NCBI GenBank assembly: GCA_964584785.1
Contig: CAZPBY010000001.1
Coordinates: 74,718 to 138,717, forward strand
DNA from: an uncultured Solibacteraceae bacterium
GTDB taxonomy: Bacteria; Acidobacteriota; Terriglobia; 20CM-2-55-15
Reading direction: 5' to 3'
Length of the DNA: 64,000 nt
In this document: one piece after another, positions 1 through 9,301 of the stretch
Layout of the letters: every line of letters starts with the position of its first letter
Numbering within the stretch: the first letter of the stretch is position 1
The notes under the pieces: generated by a model
What the model was told of the DNA's origin: nothing
The model's input: only the letters and a program-made list of their open reading frames with translations
Database searches by the model: none
Translations under genes and position numbers: made by a program

Positions 1-190
1 GCTGGTGTGTTGCGGATTCAGCGCCCACTGGGGCCACGATTGAGCATTGGCGAAAAAAGCAAAAAGCACCATTAGGCTGCTGAATCGGACTATCGATAAC
101 AAGCGTTTCACGGGACCTCCTTCAAGTCGTGCGCAGCACGGCTGTTTTCGCCACTATCACTACACTTCGACGGGGCCTCCGATGGCTTAT

Positions 191-1639
191 TCAGCCCACG
201 ATTTGGGGAATCAAATCACCGTAAACGTCCGTCAGGCGCATATCGCGGCCATTGAAGCGATAGGTGAGTTTCGTGTGATCCAGACCGAGCAAATACAAAA
301 TGGTCGCGTGCAGGTCGTGAACGGACATCACCTGTTGTTCCGCCTTGAGGCCGAATTCATCGCTCGCTCCGATCACCTGGCCGCCCTTGATTCCCGCGCC
401 GGCCATCCAGACGGTCATGGCGCCGGGATTGTGATCGCGTCCGACACCGCGCTGGGAGATCGGCATCCGTCCGAACTCGCCATGCCAGACGATCAACGTG
501 GAATCCAGCAGGCCGCGGGCTTTCAAGTCCGTCAGCAGGCCGGCAATCGGACGGTCTGTTTCCGCAGCATGCAGCGAATGGTTGGCTTTGACATCGCCAT
601 GTGCGTCCCATGTGTCCGTGTTCTGATCGCCCAGACCTCCCGAAAAAACCTGAACGAAACGCACTCCGTGCTCCACCAGCCGCCGCGCCAGCAGGCACTG
701 CCTGCCGAAGCCTTCTGTGATCTTCTCGTCCATTCCATACAATTTTCGCGTCTCGGCCGTCTCATGCTCGAGGTCTACCGCTTCGGGCGCACAACCCTGC
801 ATGCGGAATGCGAGTTCGTAAGACGATATCCGCGCCGCCAGTTCGGAATCGCCGGGATACTTTTCGAGATCGTGCTCGTTAAGTTTTGCGAGAAGGTCCA
901 GCCGCGACCGCTGCTGTTCGACCGTCAAGCCGTCGGGGGGCTTCAAGTCCATGATCGGATCGCCGCCGGAAGAGCGGAAGGCTGTACCCTGATACGCAGC
1001 CGGCATGAAACCCGAATTCCAGACGCTGACGCCGCCGATGGGCCCGCCTCGCGCATCCGGTATCACGACGAATGCGGGCAGGCCGCTGCTCTCCGAGCCG
1101 AGTCCATAAGTGATCCACGATCCGATCGAGGGATAGCCGGCGCGAATCTGTCCCGACTGCAGCTCATACGTCGATTGCACGTGATCGTTGGACCGCGCAT
1201 AGATCGAACGCAGGATCGCGAGATCGTCAACGTGCCGGGCAAGATTCGGAAAGATCTCCGAGATCTCGATTCCGCTCTGTCCGTATTTCTGGAACTGAAA
1301 TGGGCTTGGCATCAGCGGACCCGGCCAGCCCTGCCGCACGATGATGTCGCCCTTGCCCGTGAGCGGCTGTCCCGCGTACCTGGCCAGCGCGGGTTTGGGA
1401 TCGAACGTATCCACGTGGCTCGGACCGCCGCTCATGAACAGCGAAATGACCGCTTTCGCGCGCGACTTGAAATGAGGCGCTCTTGCAGCGTACGGGTTTC
1501 CGGAAAGCGATGTGCCGCTGCAGCTTTTTTCGGTGGCCGCGAGCAGCCGGTCTTTGTCGAGCAAATAAGCGAGAGCAAGGCCGCTGATGCCGCCACCGGA
1601 TTCAAACAGGAACTTACGCCGGGACCAGAAATATTTCAC
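191..1639 (-). CDS. DUF1501 family protein (sulfatase-like), probably Tat-exported
   Basis: 482-aa ORF with a GTG start and an N-terminal twin-arginine motif (SRRKFL). DUF1501-type sequence, e.g. WHGEFGRMP and GRDHNPGAMTVWMAGAGIKGG. It starts 4 nt after the stop of the upstream DUF1553 gene, so the two are an operon. Confidence 0.8.
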   Translation of the reverse strand: MKYFWSRRKFLFESGGGISGLALAYLLDKDRLLAATEKSCSGTSLSGNPYAARAPHFKSRAKAVISLFMSGGPSHVDTFDPKPALARYAGQPLTGKGDIIVRQGWPGPLMPSPFQFQKYGQSGIEISEIFPNLARHVDDLAILRSIYARSNDHVQSTYELQSGQIRAGYPSIGSWITYGLGSESSGLPAFVVIPDARGGPIGGVSVWNSGFMPAAYQGTAFRSSGGDPIMDLKPPDGLTVEQQRSRLDLLAKLNEHDLEKYPGDSELAARISSYELAFRMQGCAPEAVDLEHETAETRKLYGMDEKITEGFGRQCLLARRLVEHGVRFVQVFSGGLGDQNTDTWDAHGDVKANHSLHAAETDRPIAGLLTDLKARGLLDSTLIVWHGEFGRMPISQRGVGRDHNPGAMTVWMAGAGIKGGQVIGASDEFGLKAEQQVMSVHDLHATILYLLGLDHTKLTYRFNGRDMRLTDVYGDLIPQIVG

Positions 1640-1642
1640 GCG

Positions 1643-4294
1643 TCACCTCACATAGAGGAATTCGCTCAAATTCAACAGGACGTGAGCCAAATCGACCAGG
1701 GAGTGAGTTCCCAAAAGGTCGGTCGCCATTGCCAGTTCGGAATCGTCGGGAGACCGCGTCAACGCAATCCGGAACGCCAGCTGAATCTGCTTGACCGGAT
1801 CGTCTCCCGCTTCTTTCTTCACTCTGTCTGCAAAGATTTGCGCCTGCTTCAGAACAAAGTCGTTGTTCATGAGAGTCAGCGCCTGTGTAGGAACGGTGGA
1901 GACCGTCCGCCTGCCGGCGCTGAAATTCGGGTCCGGTGTGTCGAACACCTCGAACATCGGAAACGCCATGCCGCGTTTGCGATATACGTAGATGCTGCGC
2001 CGCCAGACGCCGCTTCCGTCGTCCTGATTTTTCCAGACGTTGTAGATCGTCGACTTGACCAGCGTTTCCGGGAGAGGCGGACGAATGGGCTTGCCGCCGA
2101 CTTCTAAATTGATGGCTCCGCTTGCCGTCAGGATGCTGTCGCGCACGATTTCCGCGTCCAGTCTCTGCGGCCGGAAGCGCCATAAATAGAGGTTCTGCGA
2201 ATCCTTTTCCATGTCCTCGGCGACGGTATACGCCGACGCCATTTGATAGGCCTCCGAAGTCATGATCATCTTGTGAAGCTGTTTGATGCTCCAGCCGCGA
2301 TTCATGAATTCGACGGCCAGCCAGTCCAGCAATTCCGGATGGGTCGGCGCTTCGCCCATCTTGCCGAAATTATCCAGCGTGGCGACGATGCCTCGTCCGA
2401 AATGATGGTGCCAGACGCGATTGACGATCACGCGCGCCGTGAGCGGGTTCTCCCGTGAAGCGAGCCACTCGGCGAGGGCCCTTCGGCGTCCGGACGTCTT
2501 TCCATCCGCCGGCGGAATCTCCGTCGGCGGATTGCCGTAAGTGGCGACGGTGATAAATCCCGGCTTCATCCGGGATCCTCTGCTGTTCGGATCGCCTCGA
2601 ACGAGAAAATACGATGCTGGAACTTCATATCGGCCGGGGCCGCTATGCAGATAAGTCCCCTCGCTTTCCTGGATTCTGCACTTCACGCAACCCACCACGT
2701 CGTCGCCGTCTCCGAGAGGCGTGAATCGATAATCGCCGTCTGTAACGATGTCCGCCTCAGGAATCGGTTGCGGCTTCATTTTTTCGAGAGCGGCGACGCG
2801 ATCCGTCAGAGCCTTCCGTTCCGCGGCGTCTTTGGGACTCAGCGCGTTGGTCAAAGCACGCGCGTTGACGTTGAGTCCGCCTTCGAGGATTTGCGTCGCT
2901 AGCAATACCTCTCCAGGCGTCCGGTCTTTTTCGGGTTTCAACACCGCTCGCTGAACGTTGTCGGGAAACTTGCGAAGCGCATCCGCCTTCAACTTTTCCC
3001 GATACGGCGCTTCGATCGTTGAAACCTGCTCCTTCAGCGGCTTGATTTGCGTGTCGATTTCCGCGATTGTCCTGGCGTACGCATCGGCTTCTGCTTTGGA
3101 CACCAGCGGCGTGGTCGTTTCCACATAGCCGAAGATGGCGGCCTGCAGCGCGTAATAGTCTTTTTGCGGAATCGGATCGAACTTGTGGTTATGGCAGCGC
3201 GCGCACTGGATGGTGAGTCCGAGGATGCCGCGCCCGATCGTCGCAAGGACGTCGTCGAGATAGTCGAGCCGGCGTTCCGGATTGTCTTTTTCTCTGAAGT
3301 GCACTCGAGGGCCGGCACGGAGGAATCCGGTGGCAATCAAGGTGTCGAGACTTTTGTTTTCGAGTTCGTCACCCGCGATCTGCTCCTTGATAAAAACATG
3401 GTACGGCTTGTCTTCATTAAAGGACCGGATGACGTAGTCGCGATACATCCAGGCATTCGGACGATCGTAATCGTGCTCGAAACCGTCGGAGTCGGCGTAG
3501 CGCGCCACATCCAGCCAGTGGCGGCCCCACCGCTCCCCGTAATGGGGCGAGGCCAGAAGCTTGTCGATCAACCGCTCCCACGCACCCGGGGCATTGTCCG
3601 CTAAGAAACTCGCAGCTTCGGAAGGGCTCGGCGGCAGGCCGATGAGATCGAGATAGGCGCGCCGCAACAGTGTCAGCCGGTCGGCGCGTGGAGCCGCGGT
3701 GATGCCTTTTTCACGGCGGGATCTTTCGAGAAAACGATCGATGGGATTCGTCAGAGTTGAGGAAACATCCGGCACTGACGCCTGCACGGGAAGCTTGAAT
3801 GCCCAGTAATTGCGCGCCTCGGGCGGGATCTCCATGTTTTCGAGCGCTGCCAGCGCCGATGCGTCCACGGATTGCGGGCGTGCCTCAACCCCGGTATCCC
3901 AGTGCGCGCCTTGATCGATCCAGCCTTTGATCGCGGCAATCTGATCCGCATTGAGCTTGCCGTCCATGGGCATGGCCGGCCGTTCCAGACCGGCAACGCG
4001 CCGGTACAGCCGGCTTTCCTCGGCATTGCCCGGAACAATCGCTGTGCCTTTTTCGCCACCCTTGAGGGCGCCTTCGAGCGTCCGCAGATCCAGCTTCGAA
4101 AGCTGCATCGCCTCGCCATGGCATTTCCAGCAGCTGTTCAGGAAAATCGGCTGGATCTCCTTCGCGAACGAAACCGGCGCCTGGGCGCCGGACAACGCGT
4201 TGGACAAGTAAAATATGCCCGCGCTGAAAACCACTCCACAAACAGACCACGCGGCGGCTGTTGGTTTGGTCACGTTTCCCTCCGCGGCTGGCAA
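1643..4294 (-). CDS. PSCyt1/DUF1549/DUF1553 protein (usual partner of DUF1501)
   Basis: 883-aa ORF with a TTG start, verified in frame. CxxCH heme motif near the N-terminus (NSCWKCHGE). DUF1549-type block CARCHNHKFDPIPQKDYY and a C-terminal DUF1553-like region. Directly followed by the DUF1501 gene. Confidence 0.8.
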   Translation of the reverse strand: MPAAEGNVTKPTAAAWSVCGVVFSAGIFYLSNALSGAQAPVSFAKEIQPIFLNSCWKCHGEAMQLSKLDLRTLEGALKGGEKGTAIVPGNAEESRLYRRVAGLERPAMPMDGKLNADQIAAIKGWIDQGAHWDTGVEARPQSVDASALAALENMEIPPEARNYWAFKLPVQASVPDVSSTLTNPIDRFLERSRREKGITAAPRADRLTLLRRAYLDLIGLPPSPSEAASFLADNAPGAWERLIDKLLASPHYGERWGRHWLDVARYADSDGFEHDYDRPNAWMYRDYVIRSFNEDKPYHVFIKEQIAGDELENKSLDTLIATGFLRAGPRVHFREKDNPERRLDYLDDVLATIGRGILGLTIQCARCHNHKFDPIPQKDYYALQAAIFGYVETTTPLVSKAEADAYARTIAEIDTQIKPLKEQVSTIEAPYREKLKADALRKFPDNVQRAVLKPEKDRTPGEVLLATQILEGGLNVNARALTNALSPKDAAERKALTDRVAALEKMKPQPIPEADIVTDGDYRFTPLGDGDDVVGCVKCRIQESEGTYLHSGPGRYEVPASYFLVRGDPNSRGSRMKPGFITVATYGNPPTEIPPADGKTSGRRRALAEWLASRENPLTARVIVNRVWHHHFGRGIVATLDNFGKMGEAPTHPELLDWLAVEFMNRGWSIKQLHKMIMTSEAYQMASAYTVAEDMEKDSQNLYLWRFRPQRLDAEIVRDSILTASGAINLEVGGKPIRPPLPETLVKSTIYNVWKNQDDGSGVWRRSIYVYRKRGMAFPMFEVFDTPDPNFSAGRRTVSTVPTQALTLMNNDFVLKQAQIFADRVKKEAGDDPVKQIQLAFRIALTRSPDDSELAMATDLLGTHSLVDLAHVLLNLSEFLYVR

Positions 4295-4380
4295 TAATCA
4301 GACAGTGTTACTTGCGACGATACTCCGACTGTCCGCCTATGTCATCGGCAAAGGCCTGAACAGCGATACGGCTCCTCCGA

Positions 4381-5574
4381 TCAGCGTCGTCGTGAACTGG
4401 CTGGCCTCTTTTCATCGCTGGAGAGAGTTTCAAAACCGACGGCCTCAATGTGCCGATCTAAACGCGCGCGGCGTTTGCCTGGGTAGACAAAGTACAAGCG
4501 GTCGAGGCGGAGATCCTGTTGAGCAATGCGCATGGATCGGGTGATCGCCGGCTCGGCTGTGTACTTGACTTCATACCCGACGCGCTTGCCATCCCTGATG
4601 ATCAGTAAATCGAGATCGGCCTCATTATGAGTTCCCCAGAAATAAACCTCTTCCGGACGCGCTTTTTCTTTGCGGATGACTTCTTCGAGCGCGAACCCTT
4701 CCCAGCTCGCGCCAAGTTTCGGATGATGGATCACCTCTGCCTCAGAGTGGACGCCGAGAAGCGTGTGATACAGACCGGAATCGCGAAAATAAATCTTCGG
4801 AGATTTGATCTGCCGCTTTCCGAGGTTTTCGAACCATGGCGAGAGACGCCGAATCATGAACGTGCCGGTAAGGACGTCGAGGTAATGCGCGACGGTGTGG
4901 CCATCGATCGACATGGATTTCGCCAGATCGGCGGCGTGGAAGATCTGACCATGATAATGAGCCAGCATCAGCCAGAAACGGCGAAGCGTCTCAGCGGGAA
5001 TGCGGACGCCTAACGCAGGCACGTCCCGCTCGAGGAAGTTTCGGATGTAGGCTCTTCTCCATTCGGCGCTCGCCGCTTCGGTCCTCGCGGTATAGGAGAG
5101 AGGATATCCGCCGCGGCGCCACAACCGGCGGTAGTGTTGAGTTCCGGCTTCTTCTATCGAAAAGGGAGACAACTCGATGTAGTCGATTCGTCCAGCCAGG
5201 GTTTCGGAACTCTGCCGGAGCAGTTCCGGGAAGGCGCTTCCGAGTATGAGATATTTTACGCGACGCCGCTGCTCGTCAACCAGCACCCGCAATCGCCGGA
5301 ATAGATCGGGGAGACGCTGCACTTCATCGATAACGACGAGCCCTTGGAGCGGCGATAAAACCTCGGCCGGATGCCGGAACAGGGCCAGGTCCTCGTCCCT
5401 CTCGAGATCGAAGTACGTTACGTGGCCGCCTCTCGTCTTCTGCACTCGTGCAAACTCGCCGGCAAGCGTGCTCTTCCCGACCTGACGGGGACCGAGAATT
5501 CCCACGATCGGATGCACAGCTAACGCCTTTCGGATGCGCTGAAGATACCCTGTACGGTCGATCATCGAATGCAA
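4381..5574 (-). CDS. AAA+ ATPase with DUF4143-type C-terminus (COG1373-like)
   Basis: 397-aa ORF with a TTG start and Walker A GPRQVGKST. It is a paralogue of the ORF at 23409..24575. Confidence 0.75.
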   Translation of the reverse strand: MHSMIDRTGYLQRIRKALAVHPIVGILGPRQVGKSTLAGEFARVQKTRGGHVTYFDLERDEDLALFRHPAEVLSPLQGLVVIDEVQRLPDLFRRLRVLVDEQRRRVKYLILGSAFPELLRQSSETLAGRIDYIELSPFSIEEAGTQHYRRLWRRGGYPLSYTARTEAASAEWRRAYIRNFLERDVPALGVRIPAETLRRFWLMLAHYHGQIFHAADLAKSMSIDGHTVAHYLDVLTGTFMIRRLSPWFENLGKRQIKSPKIYFRDSGLYHTLLGVHSEAEVIHHPKLGASWEGFALEEVIRKEKARPEEVYFWGTHNEADLDLLIIRDGKRVGYEVKYTAEPAITRSMRIAQQDLRLDRLYFVYPGKRRARLDRHIEAVGFETLSSDEKRPASSRRR

Positions 5575-5680
5575 CTTACCATGAAATTATGGAGATAGAC
5601 TCCATAATTTCCGACGCGACTTTTTCAAAAGCAAATCGCAATCGGTGGCAGCGCTCGGTTATCGTTAAATTCGCCACGCC

Positions 5681-6517
5681 TCAAGCCGGCTGACCGTGCT
5701 GTGCCTTGCCACCAGGGGCTGGAGACCAGTCGGTCGGCGCCATCTCCGACATGTCGGGCTCCAGTTGTAGAACATCGGCGATCTTCGTATAGCTTGAGAA
5801 CATCTGGGTCATACCGAGCACTTCCATCACGCCATGGTCACCGACACCCAGCTTGCGCATTTGATCGAGGTGAAACGGCGCGCCAAACGTGGAGTGTGTC
5901 GTCACGGAAACAGCAAAGGCGAGTGCTTCCTTCAGCCGGCGCGTCAGACGATTGTCCGAGAACGCATGCCGGGTCGCGGCCCAGAAATCGGCGACATAGC
6001 CACTGTCATGAGCCATCACTCGGAATACGGCGGGCACATGATCGATTTGATAGAAAGTTCGGATGTCGGCGAAGACGGCGGACAGCTTGGGATTCGCATC
6101 TTCGTTGGCGACCGGTTCGATCAGCATCGCGCAACCTGGAATAGCCACGGCATCGGCAAGCACATTGATGGCGTTGGTGATCCCGGTCACAAACGCGGCC
6201 TCGTACCAGTACGAATCTTCCGGCAAACCTTGCAGCTTCCCGGCTGCAACATGCGACGTCACTCAATAGTCGCAGGCATTCACGCCACTCACCACCGCCG
6301 CTATCATTTCTTTTTCAGCGCGTGTGAACTCACCCGGATCGGCCGCACGCTTCATCGCACGGCGGTGCGGACCACCAAAGGCGGAATCCCATCCCATCAC
6401 GCGCGACATCGCGGGAGCTTGTTTAAAATCGTATTTGAACCACTCCTTAATGGATTCAAACAGCTTTTGAGTTTCCTCCGGATATTCGGAAGCATCGCGA
6501 ATTCGAACGGTCGGCAT
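5681..6517 (-). CDS. AhpD-like / carboxymuconolactone-decarboxylase family protein with in-frame UGA (candidate selenocysteine, residue 85)
   Basis: ATG at 6517..6515 with GGAGG 6 nt upstream. The reading frame is continuous through TGA at 6265..6263 into the 193-aa downstream ORF. The TGA replaces the second Cys of the family redox motif N-x-C-x-Y-C-x-x-x-H (here NACDY-U-VTSH). A second, degenerate CMD-like half follows. Confidence 0.6.
6230..6249 (-). promoter_or_regulatory. candidate bacterial SECIS hairpin downstream of the in-frame UGA
   Basis: mRNA 5'-UUGCAGC CGGGAA GCUGCAA-3': a perfect 7-bp stem with a G-rich 6-nt loop. The stem starts 13 nt after the UGA. Confidence 0.45.
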
Positions 6518-7111
6518 GGCAACCTCCAGGTGAGTGAAGGATTCTACCGCCAACCTCGCAATTTCGTAGAATGATTGGACGTTGCAGGCGCAAACCCGCG
6601 GGGCAGGACGCGGGGTCAGGCGGCTACTTGAGCTAAGGCCGCTCTGATGCGAAACGCTTGACTGGAAATCTGGGACGGAGGAAAGTTTTGAAACGTTGAG
6701 TATCGTTTGGCGCTCAAAATTTTTCCTCCGTCCACATTCCTCCTGTTTAGATGACCACGTCGGGAAGGCGCCACCCTGATCCACCGTTAAATGGGTTGCC
6801 GCTCCGGTAACGCTGTCCAGCGCCCAGATCGGCGATCCGACGGAGGGTTGGAGAATGTTGACGGCGATTTGCCGCTGGTTTGGAGAGAGCCTCAGATTCT
6901 GTGTCCGCTTCCCTTCCCGGGCGACCTGTTGCAATCAAGGCGCGCGTATTTTAGCAAATCGCGCGGCAAGTCCTTTCACCCCAGAGGACACAGAGGACCT
7001 CTATCCGGAAATTTCCACAGGCGGATGATGCATAATTTTGGTTTTTACGCTGGAACGGATACCCGTCAGGTAACGAAAATGCCGGACGGCGGCGTGGAGC
7101 TTGGTGAACGG

Positions 7112-8035
7112 ATGAAGGTCATGCTCTGGACAGCTTACGGGCCGCCCGAGGTTCTTCAGCCCGGCGAACTCCCCACGCCGGAACCGAAGCGGGGCCAGGT
7201 TCGGATCCGGATGCACGCAACCTCAGTCACTTATAGCGACGCCTTCGCGCGCGGGCTCGACATCCCGCCCGCCATTCGATTCGTGGCGCGGTTGTTCGTC
7301 GGCTTCCGCCGACCGAAGCGGTGGCCCGTGCTTGGCATCGTGGTCGCGGGCAGGATCGATCGCATCGGCGCGGGCGTGACGTCGTTTCGCGAAGGAGACG
7401 AAGTCTTCGGGATGAACCCTTTCGGTGCCGGCGCGTACGCGGAGTATCTGTGCATGAAGGCCGGGAAGTTGCTGGTCACCAAGCCGGCGAACCTGACCTA
7501 TCGTGAAGCCGCAGCGATTCCCTACGGCGGACTCCTGGCCCTCCACTTTTTGAGAGCGGCGAAGATCGCCGCGGGAATGCGCGTGCTCATCTATGGCGCC
7601 TCGGGCGCCACCGGCACCTCTGCGGTGCAGCTTGCGAAACACTTCGGCACTCATGTGACCGGCGTCTGCAGCGCGCGGAATCTCGACCTGGTGAAGTCAC
7701 TCGGCGCCGACGCGGTCATCGATTACGCGACCGACGACTTCAATACGATGACCGACCGGTACGACCTCATTTTCGCCGCCGTCGGCGGCCGATATCATCC
7801 GCCGTCCGAAGATGCGTGTCGCAGAGTCCTGGTTCCAGGCGGCCGATACGTTTCTGTAGATGGATGGAACCCGAAGATGACCTTGGCGCGATTGGTACAA
7901 CTCCGAGACTTCGCGGCGTCGGGCGCGCTCAGGGCGGTCATCGACCGCTGCTACCCGCTCGCCGACCTCGCGGAGGCGCATCGGTATGTCGAGACGCGGC
8001 GCAAGAAGGGAAACGTGGTGATCGACATCGCCTGA
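7112..8035 (+). CDS. zinc-type alcohol dehydrogenase / quinone oxidoreductase (MDR superfamily)
   Basis: ATG at 7112 (alternative 7079). GASGATGTSAVQLAK Rossmann motif. Overall MDR architecture. Confidence 0.8.
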   Translation: MKVMLWTAYGPPEVLQPGELPTPEPKRGQVRIRMHATSVTYSDAFARGLDIPPAIRFVARLFVGFRRPKRWPVLGIVVAGRIDRIGAGVTSFREGDEVFGMNPFGAGAYAEYLCMKAGKLLVTKPANLTYREAAAIPYGGLLALHFLRAAKIAAGMRVLIYGASGATGTSAVQLAKHFGTHVTGVCSARNLDLVKSLGADAVIDYATDDFNTMTDRYDLIFAAVGGRYHPPSEDACRRVLVPGGRYVSVDGWNPKMTLARLVQLRDFAASGALRAVIDRCYPLADLAEAHRYVETRRKKGNVVIDIA

Positions 8036-8052
8036 CGAAACGGCCCCACAGT

Positions 8053-9195
8053 TCATTTGCTCTCGAGCGTTGCCGGCAGTCCTTGACCGCTGATCCAGGT
8101 GTCCTTGTCGCGGATGATCGCCTGTGGCGGCAGGGTATCCGATCGCGGCGCGATATTCGCGGCGCGTTTCACGGCAGTGCCGACAGCCATGAATTCGAGA
8201 AGACTTCCCATTTCGTGAATGTGCGTGCGTATACCCACAACATTGTCCGCGCCGATGCCGGCTGCTTCGTCGCGGATGAGTCCGATGGCATGTTCGCGGG
8301 CATCGTAAATCAGCGAGGTGAGTTCCTGGATTTCGCCTTTGGCGAGGCTCTTGAATGCAGCCGTCAATCCGCCGACCACACCTAACGCATAAACCGCCGT
8401 GCCGAGGACCAGCTTGAGCGGCGCGTAGCCCATCGCTGCAAGGTTCCAGGTTTCTTCGGCAGTCATATCTGAAGTCACAATCGAACCGGTGGACGGCGCG
8501 GCCGGCAGACCGGGATGGTGACATGCGGTGCCCATCATCAACATTTCGTGGACACCCTGAAACGGAAGCACGGTCGTCTCGATGCCGATGACGGCGTTTG
8601 CGCCGTAACGTTTTGCGTCGTCGACGATGCGTTCCAAGGCCACATGCCGCGTGTGATTGAAGACGTCTGAAAATTCCTTAACCTCGCCGCGTCCGAGGGA
8701 CTTGAGCGTACCGAGAATGCCTCCGCCGACGCCGACCGAATACGCAATATTTCCGAAAGCGAAATGTCGTGGTGAGTAACCGGCGTCGAGCATGCAATAG
8801 AGTTCCTGCGCGTTGTGCGCGGTCGAAAAACTCAACTTCTCGATGGGTCCGCCTGCGACAGGAGATCGCGCGGCACCGTGAAGCGTCGAGCCAACCGAGA
8901 GAAATTCGATATTGCCGTGGAAATGACGCAGATCCGAGGTCACCCCGCTGATCCCCACTCCGCCGTGGCTTTCGGCTTCCTTCACCATGCGCTGAAACGC
9001 CTGCTGCCGGCCTTCATGGATGATTTCGGTAACCTGCGAAACCTCACCACCGATGATGTTCCGAAGTCCCGCGCCCAGCGATCCAACGAAACCCAGCGAG
9101 TGCACCGAATTTCCAACAACCAGCTCGCCCGCCGTCATTCCTTTGAGGTGCAGGCAATACATTTCGTTTCCCGAGAGTCCTGTCGCAATCGGCAT
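8053..9195 (-). CDS. protein with three tandem YbjQ/DUF74 (UPF0145) domains
   Basis: 380 aa. Three ~110-aa repeats, each with YbjQ-like blocks (GANAVIGIETTV, GADNVVGIRT, GGVGISGVTSD). Strong SD (AAGGAGAAGG) before the ATG at 9195. Confidence 0.65.
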   Translation of the reverse strand: MPIATGLSGNEMYCLHLKGMTAGELVVGNSVHSLGFVGSLGAGLRNIIGGEVSQVTEIIHEGRQQAFQRMVKEAESHGGVGISGVTSDLRHFHGNIEFLSVGSTLHGAARSPVAGGPIEKLSFSTAHNAQELYCMLDAGYSPRHFAFGNIAYSVGVGGGILGTLKSLGRGEVKEFSDVFNHTRHVALERIVDDAKRYGANAVIGIETTVLPFQGVHEMLMMGTACHHPGLPAAPSTGSIVTSDMTAEETWNLAAMGYAPLKLVLGTAVYALGVVGGLTAAFKSLAKGEIQELTSLIYDAREHAIGLIRDEAAGIGADNVVGIRTHIHEMGSLLEFMAVGTAVKRAANIAPRSDTLPPQAIIRDKDTWISGQGLPATLESK

Positions 9196-9301
9196 CGCCT
9201 TCTCCTTACCGGATGATCCTAATGCTTTCTCCTGCGCGACGCCAACGGCTTATTCCGCGATTAAGGATCAGCGAAAACGCCGGACGGGGCGGCGTGACCT
9301 G

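Noticed and set aside
47-2107. 686-aa plus-strand ORF, the longest in the track
   Set aside because: It is entirely antisense to the DUF1501 and DUF1553 genes. It is Arg/Ala-rich and low-complexity with no recognisable motif. This is the typical spurious open frame opposite real genes in high-GC DNA.
6263-6265. The in-frame TGA read as a plain nonsense mutation (pseudogene)
   Set aside because: Not fully excluded. I favour Sec because the codon sits exactly on the conserved redox Cys, the downstream 193 codons stay open and family-like, and a suitably placed hairpin follows. Without Sec machinery in the window confidence is only moderate.
6791-7111. The 5' extension of the ADH-like ORF back to 6791
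   Set aside because: It would overlap the selenoprotein promoter region and add 107 residues with no homology. The internal ATG at 7112 (or 7079) gives a normal-length MDR protein.
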